Positions 17,666-24,000 of a stretch of DNA of 24,000 nucleotides are shown here, in pieces. The position numbers and the translations under genes are program-made. The notes below the pieces were generated by a model. That model did no database searches, had not been told where the DNA came from, and saw only the letters and a program-made list of their open reading frames with translations. Source of the DNA: Thermocrinis minervae (GTDB lineage: Bacteria > Aquificota > Aquificia > Aquificales > Aquificaceae); NCBI RefSeq assembly GCF_900142435.1, contig NZ_LT670846.1, forward strand, positions 438,750-462,749. Reading direction: 5' to 3'. Every line of letters starts with the position of its first letter. Position 1 is the stretch's first letter.

Positions 17666-20600
17666 TCTGTCTTTTCTTGCGAGGGAGTATACGGCTGGTA
17701 TCACAAAGAGGGCTGTTAGAAAGCTGCTTATGACACCACCAAGCATGGGTATGGCTATGCGGGAGATGACTTCAGAGCCTGTTCCAGGAAGGTAGACGGC
17801 GGGTAGGAGGCCTGCCACTATTGCCAGCATGGTCATGCTCTTTGGTCTTATCCTTTTTACAGCACCTTCGTATATACCCTTTCCCTCCTCGATAGACCTC
17901 ATTATGTAGACCACCATGACTATACCCATCTCTGCAGCTATGCCCAGCAGGGCCAAGAAACCTGCTATAGAGGCAACGGAGAGCTTGTGCCCAAAGAGGT
18001 GCATGAGGATGAGGCCACCTAGCAAGGATGAGGGTAGTGTAGAGAGGACTAGAAGGGTTTCAAAGAGCCTTCCAAGACTTATGTACACAAGGACAACTAT
18101 GCTGATGAGTACGAGGGGGACGATGAGCTTAAGGTCCTCCACTGCGCTTTTCCAGTACTCCCACTGGCCGCTCCATTGGTAATAGTAGCCCTTTGGAAGA
18201 TCCACCATCTGCCTTATCCTTCTGTCTCCTTCCTCTATTACCTTGCCCAGACTGGCGTTAGGCTTTGGGGTCACGTAGACGTAGTTTACAAGTAGGCCGT
18301 TTTCCGACTTTATCTCCATGGGTCCTTCCCTTTTCTCTACCTTAGCTATGGCCTTTATGGGTACGAGCTTGTCCTTTAAGGGTAGGAAAAGGTTTTCTAT
18401 GTCCTGTCTGTAGTCCCTTGGTACTCCTAGGGTTATGGAGTATCTCTCCCTTCCACTTACGTACACAGACACTGGGCTGTTGGCCAGTAGCATTTCAACG
18501 GCTTTGGTAACTTCCTCAAGGGAGAGGCCATACATGTAGAGTTTTTCCCTGTCTGGTATTATCTCCACGTAAGTGGCACCCATTGGTCTGTCTGCGTACA
18601 CGCTCATTATGCCATCAACACCCTTAAGGGCTTGTTCTATCTGGAGGCTTAGCTCCGTTAAGGTCTGAAGGTCCTTTCCGAATACCTTTACACCCAGGGG
18701 AGTCCTTATGCCTGTGCTTATCATGTCTATTCTGCCTTTTATTGGCATGGTCCAGCTGTTTACTACTCCAGGAAGTTGGAGGGCTTTGTCCAGCTCAGCT
18801 ATGAGTCTTTCGTAGGTCATTCCCTCTCTCCATTGGCTTTCTGGCTTTAGGACTATGGTGGTCTCTATCATGGAGAGAGGAGCTGGATCTGTTGGTGTGT
18901 TTGCTCTTCCTGCCTTCCCAAAGACTGCCTCTACCTCAGGAAAGCTTTTTATGATCCTGTCCTGTAGGGTTAAAAGTCTTTGAGCTTCCTGTATGGATAT
19001 GCCGGGTGCGGTGGTGGGCATATAAAGGATTGAGCCCTCCCTCAGGTCTGGCATAAATTCCCTACCGAGCGTAACGAACAGAAGGTAAGAGGCAGGTACA
19101 GCAAAGATGGCTGCTAGCAACATGAGATACCTAAGCTTGATGGACATGTAAAACAAGGGTGTGTAGAGTTTCACCAGAAGCCTGACTATGGGGTTCCTCT
19201 CCTCGGGGATGGGCTTCTTCCTACCTAGGTAATAGATGAGGACTGGAAACACGGTGATAGAAAGTGCAGAAGCAACGAGCATAGCATAGGTTTTTGTGAG
19301 GACCAAGGGGCCGAAGAGTCTACCCGTCTGTCCCTTTAGTGCCAGCATGGGTACGAAGGAAACAGCTACCACAAGAAGGGCAAAGAATATGGGCTTTCCT
19401 ATCTCCTGCGTGGCCTCCACTAGGGCCTCAACCACTTCTTTACCCTCCTCCCTCTTCCTCGAGTATGCTTCCACGAGTACTATACCGGCATCCACCATGG
19501 TCCCTATGGCTATGGCTACACCACCTAGGGACATGATGTTGGAGTTTATCCCTGAGTGTTTCATGAGTACAAAGGTTCCAAACAGAGAAAGCACCAAGAA
19601 TAAGACTACAGAGAAGCTAAGCCCGAGGCTAAACAGGAAAAGACCCACTATGAGGACAACTATTAGGGATTCCTCTATTAACACCCTCCATAGGTGTTTT
19701 ATGGCCCTCTCTATAAGGTCTGATCTGTCGTAGACCACTACGAGCTTTACATCTTGAGGAAGTCCTGCCTGTATCTGCTGGATCTTCTTTTTCACTTCCT
19801 GTATGGTATGGTAGGCGTCCGCTCCGTACCTTATCACCACTATACCACCCACCGTGTTGCCAAGCCCGTTGTAGTCTGCTGTACCCATCCTGAGCGCTGG
19901 AGTTTCGACCACCTGGGCTACATCCCTTACCCTTATGGGTACACCGTTTACCTCCTTTATAACTGCTTCCTCTATATCCCTCTTGTCTTTTACGTACCCT
20001 CTTGCCCTTATTGAGTATTCCCTTGAGTTTATCTCCACATACTTGCCACCAGTCTCTAGGTTAGAACCATTTACAGCCCTGGCCACATCCTCAAGGGAGA
20101 TCCCATAATGCATAAGGTGTTCAGGCCTTAGTACTACCCTAAACTCTCTCTCAAAGCCTCCCACCGATGCCACCTCTGCCACGTTTGGTACGGATAGGAG
20201 GGCGTACCTCACGTAGAAGTTCTGGAGGCTCCATAGCTCATCGAGACTTCTGGTAGGAGAGTAAAGGACGTACTGAAGGACCCACCCTACACCTGTGGCG
20301 TCTGGACCAAGCTCTACCTTTGCCTGAGCTGGCAGTAAAGACCTCACGCTTGAAAGCTTTTCCAGAACCCTCGACCTTGCCCAGTATACATCTGTACCAT
20401 CTTCAAATATGACGTAGACCAAAGAGTAGTTGGGGACCGAGTAGCCCCTCACTGCCTTCACCCTTGGAAGCCCGAGCATACTGGAAACCAATGGATACGT
20501 AAGCTGGTCCTCTATCACCTGAGGTACCTGTCCCATCCATTCGGAGTAGATGATGACTTGGGTGTCTGTAAGGTCTGGTATGGCATCAAGGGGTATCTTC

Positions 20601-20692
20601 CTAAGGGAATAAAGCCCGTAGAGGAAAACTGAGACCATCATGGCCAGAATCACAAAGCGATAGCGCAGGATGGTCTCCGTCAAAGCTTTCAT
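17657..20692 (-). CDS. cusA: CusA/CzcA-family heavy-metal RND efflux pump
   Basis: ATG at 20692 on the minus strand. PLDAIPDLTDTQVIIYSEW, VAIAIGTMVDAGIVLVEAY and DPAPLSMIETTIVLKP match the CusA subgroup. Confidence 0.93.
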   Translation of the reverse strand: MKALTETILRYRFVILAMMVSVFLYGLYSLRKIPLDAIPDLTDTQVIIYSEWMGQVPQVIEDQLTYPLVSSMLGLPRVKAVRGYSVPNYSLVYVIFEDGTDVYWARSRVLEKLSSVRSLLPAQAKVELGPDATGVGWVLQYVLYSPTRSLDELWSLQNFYVRYALLSVPNVAEVASVGGFEREFRVVLRPEHLMHYGISLEDVARAVNGSNLETGGKYVEINSREYSIRARGYVKDKRDIEEAVIKEVNGVPIRVRDVAQVVETPALRMGTADYNGLGNTVGGIVVIRYGADAYHTIQEVKKKIQQIQAGLPQDVKLVVVYDRSDLIERAIKHLWRVLIEESLIVVLIVGLFLFSLGLSFSVVLFLVLSLFGTFVLMKHSGINSNIMSLGGVAIAIGTMVDAGIVLVEAYSRKREEGKEVVEALVEATQEIGKPIFFALLVVAVSFVPMLALKGQTGRLFGPLVLTKTYAMLVASALSITVFPVLIYYLGRKKPIPEERNPIVRLLVKLYTPLFYMSIKLRYLMLLAAIFAVPASYLLFVTLGREFMPDLREGSILYMPTTAPGISIQEAQRLLTLQDRIIKSFPEVEAVFGKAGRANTPTDPAPLSMIETTIVLKPESQWREGMTYERLIAELDKALQLPGVVNSWTMPIKGRIDMISTGIRTPLGVKVFGKDLQTLTELSLQIEQALKGVDGIMSVYADRPMGATYVEIIPDREKLYMYGLSLEEVTKAVEMLLANSPVSVYVSGRERYSITLGVPRDYRQDIENLFLPLKDKLVPIKAIAKVEKREGPMEIKSENGLLVNYVYVTPKPNASLGKVIEEGDRRIRQMVDLPKGYYYQWSGQWEYWKSAVEDLKLIVPLVLISIVVLVYISLGRLFETLLVLSTLPSSLLGGLILMHLFGHKLSVASIAGFLALLGIAAEMGIVMVVYIMRSIEEGKGIYEGAVKRIRPKSMTMLAIVAGLLPAVYLPGTGSEVISRIAIPMLGGVISSFLTALFVIPAVYSLARKDRLS

Positions 20693-20815
20693 CTGGAAAA
20701 CCTCTTGCTAGAATTTTCCTTATGGACCTTCTTCTGTACCTTTTCCTTCTTGTGATTTTTAGTCTTCTGGTGCTTTACATCGTCTACAAGTACGGGAAGT
20801 TTATGGGCGGGTAAT

Positions 20816-22207
20816 TTAGTGATGGTGGTGTTCATGAGATTTCTCCTCTCCTCCATAGAGGCCCTTTATCTGTGCTTCCGAGTCTAAGAAGAAGGTGCCC
20901 TTTACTACCACCCTTTCACCTTCCGATAGTCCGTCCAGGACTTCGTAGTAGTCCTGGAACCTTCTTCCAAGCTTTATCTGCCTTGGTTCGTACATACCTT
21001 CTCCCTTTTGGACAAAGACCACCTGCCTCCTGCCCGTGTCCACTACTGCACTTTCTGGTACAGCCAAAACCCTAACAGGTTGAGTCTCAAAAATGACCTC
21101 CACGAGCTGGTTTATCTTAAGGCTCGCACCCCTTAGGCTTATCCTTGCCTTTACGGTCCTGGCCTCCTTGTCAGCCACTGGGAATATGTAATCCACCCTA
21201 CCTTCGTAAAGTTTCTCTTCACCTACGGGCTTAACGAGAACCTTCATACCCTTTTTTAGGTAGCTTGAAAACTCTAAGGGAACCTCCGCCACTACCCAAA
21301 GGTTGGAAAGGTCTACCAAGGTGTAGGCCACCTCTCCAGCCTTCAAAAATCCTCCTGGGTTTACCTTCTTCTCCAGTATGAGCCCGTTGACAGGAGAGGT
21401 TACCACCTGGCCAGCATGGAGGTAAGAGAGCTTCTCTTTTGAAAGCCTTTCTATATCTTGTCTTCCTAGGCTTTTGGCTAAGTTTAACTCCTCTTGGGCT
21501 ATTCGGACCTCTGGGCTTAGTACCTTCATAAGGGGTGTTCCCCTCTTCACAAGCTCTCCTTCAAACCTTGAGAAGGTGTCCAGTACCCAAGCGTCTGACC
21601 TTAAGGTTATCTGATGCACATGTGAAAGGTCGTAGGAAACGTATCCCACTACGGAAAAGCTCTCCGAGAGGTCCATGTATGAGACCTCGTGCGTCTGTAT
21701 GCCTATGAGCTGCATAGCTTTTGTATTCACGACTATCTGGCTTTGATCATCTACTGCTGTCCTTTGTCCTGCGAAGGGTACAGAGATGTCCTTCTTTAGA
21801 ACCTTTCCGTCTACTTGTACGAAAAGCTGCCAGGAACCTGCCATGCTTACGTTTAACGTGGCGTTGTATACTCCATCTGAGACCTTTTGTATGGTTGCGT
21901 CTTCCCTCATCTCACCCATGCCTGGCATAGGGGGCATGTACAGGTAAAGGCTCTTCAGATCTCCACCACTCACCCTAATAGTGAGGTCCTGCTTTCCTAC
22001 GTCTATGCTTCCTTTCTTAGAGAAAACCTCTACCTTTACCCCTTGATCCTCTAAAGTAAACAAGGGTGTGCCTAGGCTTTGGTCCGCAGTTCTATGTTTC
22101 AGCTGTTGGTATACGAACAGACTACCGAGAGCGATTACAAGTATCATCAAAGTCAGAAAGACCCACTTCTTTGTGCTGGTGTTTCCACCGTTTTCGCAAC
22201 ACTTCAT
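20816..22207 (-). CDS. cusB: CusB-family periplasmic adaptor with YtkA-like N-terminal region and poly-His tail
   Basis: HlyD/CusB features (VVTSPVNGLILEKKVNPGGFLKAGEVAYTLVDLSNLWVVAEVPL); N-terminal MPPMPGMGEM; C-terminal HEHHHH. Confidence 0.9.
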   Translation of the reverse strand: MKCCENGGNTSTKKWVFLTLMILVIALGSLFVYQQLKHRTADQSLGTPLFTLEDQGVKVEVFSKKGSIDVGKQDLTIRVSGGDLKSLYLYMPPMPGMGEMREDATIQKVSDGVYNATLNVSMAGSWQLFVQVDGKVLKKDISVPFAGQRTAVDDQSQIVVNTKAMQLIGIQTHEVSYMDLSESFSVVGYVSYDLSHVHQITLRSDAWVLDTFSRFEGELVKRGTPLMKVLSPEVRIAQEELNLAKSLGRQDIERLSKEKLSYLHAGQVVTSPVNGLILEKKVNPGGFLKAGEVAYTLVDLSNLWVVAEVPLEFSSYLKKGMKVLVKPVGEEKLYEGRVDYIFPVADKEARTVKARISLRGASLKINQLVEVIFETQPVRVLAVPESAVVDTGRRQVVFVQKGEGMYEPRQIKLGRRFQDYYEVLDGLSEGERVVVKGTFFLDSEAQIKGLYGGEEKSHEHHHH

Positions 22208-23373
22208 ATCAGCGCCTCCAAGGCAGGGTAAAGCTTCTGGATGGAGAGCTCAACCTCCAGCCTTTTCATCCTCAGGTCCCAAAGTTCTTGATAGAGTTTC
22301 ACAACATCCCTTAGGTCTGCTTTTGAATATGTGTAAGCGAGCTCAAGGGCCTTCGCTTCTGTCTCTTTCTCTTTAAGGAGGTCATCAAGGAGCTTAAGGA
22401 TCCTTTTCTTTGCCTCCAGCTGGACCTTTAGCTCGTTCATCTCCCTTATGAGTCTAAGCTGCGTATCTTTTAGCTCCTCGAGCTTGGACCTTATCTCCTC
22501 CTCCTTTGAAAGCACAGCAAGGTCTTCTTTCTTGCCCTTCCACACGGGTATGGTGAAGCCCACCCTTAGGCTTACTAGGTTATCCATGGCCGGCCTTACC
22601 ATGTACTCAAGCATGAGCTCCAGATCAGGGTAGTGTTCTACTTTTAGTCTCTGTAGTTCTGCTTTAAGCCTTTCTACTTGCGCTTTTATCCTCTCAAGGT
22701 AAGGGCTATGGGATAAGTCTTCTGTGTTCGGTGCATGGAAGTCTACCTCCTCAGGCCTTAGGTCTACCCTTTTCCCCACAAGGTAGGAGATCTCCTCCTC
22801 AAGGGTTTTCCTCTCCTCTTGAAGGCCTACTAGCATGCTCTCAAGCTCTATCCTTTTGGTCCTTGCCAGTATCACGTCTGACAGGGTGGCTTTGGCGTAC
22901 CTGTAGTTCTCCTCAGCCAGTCTTATCAGGAAGGCTGCCTCTGAGAGGTTTTTCTTCAAGAGTTCTTCTCTCTTAAAGGTGTATAGCCACTCAAGGTACT
23001 TAACCTTTAGGTCCCTTATGAGTTCCTTCTTTTCTACTTCAAGGTCTTTTCTTATCTCTTCCCTTTGGCTTTTGTAAACACTGTTCTCCAGTTGTCTTTT
23101 TATTGGAAGTGTGTACATCTGGGATATACCGATGGTGTAACCACTCATGGGTTCCTTGCTCGTGGGGTATAGCTTACTGGTGGGAAGGTTGCTAAGACCA
23201 AAGTAAAATACAGGATTCGGCAAAGACAGAGAATATTTTCCCCTTTTTATTGCTGATGACGCAAGATAATCATACCTTTTTAGTCTTGGTGAGTTTTCAA
23301 GAGCTGTATTTATTAGCTCTTCCAGCTGTCCTGCATACGAAATTCCCAAGAATAATAGTACTAAAAGCAGCAT
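22204..23373 (-). CDS. TolC/CusC-family outer-membrane efflux protein
   Basis: Signal peptide MLLLVLLFLGISYAG and outer-membrane efflux coiled-coil region (LIRLAEENYRYAKATLSDVILARTKRIELES). Start uncertain; the track starts at 23409. Confidence 0.88.
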   Translation of the reverse strand: MLLLVLLFLGISYAGQLEELINTALENSPRLKRYDYLASSAIKRGKYSLSLPNPVFYFGLSNLPTSKLYPTSKEPMSGYTIGISQMYTLPIKRQLENSVYKSQREEIRKDLEVEKKELIRDLKVKYLEWLYTFKREELLKKNLSEAAFLIRLAEENYRYAKATLSDVILARTKRIELESMLVGLQEERKTLEEEISYLVGKRVDLRPEEVDFHAPNTEDLSHSPYLERIKAQVERLKAELQRLKVEHYPDLELMLEYMVRPAMDNLVSLRVGFTIPVWKGKKEDLAVLSKEEEIRSKLEELKDTQLRLIREMNELKVQLEAKKRILKLLDDLLKEKETEAKALELAYTYSKADLRDVVKLYQELWDLRMKRLEVELSIQKLYPALEALI

Positions 23374-23447
23374 GTAATATATACTTGTGTTTTTGAAATT
23401 TGGATTCAAGTCTTTTATTTAACGCAAAGATAAAGTAAAATTTTGTT

Positions 23448-24000
23448 ATGTTTAAAAGAGTTGCCATCGTTGGAGTTGGCTTCATGGGTGGCTCCTTTGC
23501 TCTAGCCCTGAGGGAAGCTGTAAAGGGTGTAGAGATCCTCGGCGTGGACATAAACCCAAAGGCTCTTGAAAAGGCTCTAGATCTTAAAGTGATAGATAGG
23601 GCCTACGAAAGACTTGACGATTTAGAAAACGTTGGCCTGGTAGTGCTTGCCTCTCCTGTTAGGACCTTCTACAACATAGCCAAAAGCCTTAAACAAGTTC
23701 TAGATGATCAGACTATAGTAACGGACATGGGAAGCGTTAAAGGGAAGCTTGTCTATGAGCTTGAAAACATACTAGGAAAAAAGTTTGTGGGTGGGCATCC
23801 TATAGCGGGCACAGAGAAGTCTGGGGTGGAGAACAGTAGGAAAGATCTATTCAAAGGTAAAAGGTTCATCCTAACGCCCACACCCAATACAGACCAAGAA
23901 GCCAAGAGGAAGGTATCCGAGCTCTGGAGCCTTTTAGGATCCTACGTTGAAGAGATGGACCCTTACGTCCACGACTACGTCTTTGGCTGTGTTTCCCACC
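23448..24000 (+). CDS. tyrA: Prephenate dehydrogenase, N-terminal part; continues past the window
   Basis: From ATG 23448: MFKRVAIVGVGFMGGSFALALREA (Rossmann), VVLASPVRTF, VTDMGSVKG, GGHPIAGTEKSGVENSRKDLFKGKRFILTP. Confidence 0.93.
   Translation, partial: MFKRVAIVGVGFMGGSFALALREAVKGVEILGVDINPKALEKALDLKVIDRAYERLDDLENVGLVVLASPVRTFYNIAKSLKQVLDDQTIVTDMGSVKGKLVYELENILGKKFVGGHPIAGTEKSGVENSRKDLFKGKRFILTPTPNTDQEAKRKVSELWSLLGSYVEEMDPYVHDYVFGCVSH

Noticed and set aside
17916-20014. Plus-strand ORFs at 17916-18182, 19296-19733, 19339-19536 and 19754-20014
   Set aside because: They lie opposite the cusA coding region, show no recognisable family, and look like composition artefacts.
1-24000. rRNA, tRNA, transposase, integrase, phage or toxin-antitoxin cassette
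   Set aside because: None was recognised. The PIN protein at 11982 could be mistaken for a VapC toxin, but it has no small antitoxin gene beside it and matches the RNA ligase partner family.

Overview
The window is a compact, gene-dense chromosomal segment. Gene content and protein style resemble a thermophilic Aquificales-type bacterium (inference only). Partial genes lie at both edges: LpxK-like at the left and prephenate dehydrogenase-like at the right. In order the window holds acpP, fabF, rnc; a minus-strand group with an uncharacterised protein, a TOPRIM protein and a phosphoglycolate phosphatase-like HAD protein; an MFS transporter; a small ACT-like plus membrane-domain protein; two type IV pilin genes separated by a perfect GC-rich hairpin; rpmB, aroC, an MlaE-type permease and a PAP2 phosphatase; rnhC, rsmA and nth; a PIN-domain 'RNA ligase partner' tail-to-tail with a Pab1020-family RNA ligase; a RicT/PSP1 protein and an RlmN-like radical SAM protein; a PP2C phosphatase; a hemerythrin protein with a multi-TM membrane protein; and a CusA/CusB/CusC-type heavy-metal RND efflux operon. 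No rRNA, tRNA, CRISPR array or mobile element was recognised. The best leads are the PIN/RNA ligase pair, a His-for-Cys substitution in the endonuclease III Fe-S motif, apparent leaderless promoters, an operator-like dyad in front of the hemerythrin gene, a short RlmN-like enzyme that lacks the usual N-terminal domain, and structured non-coding DNA around the pilin genes.
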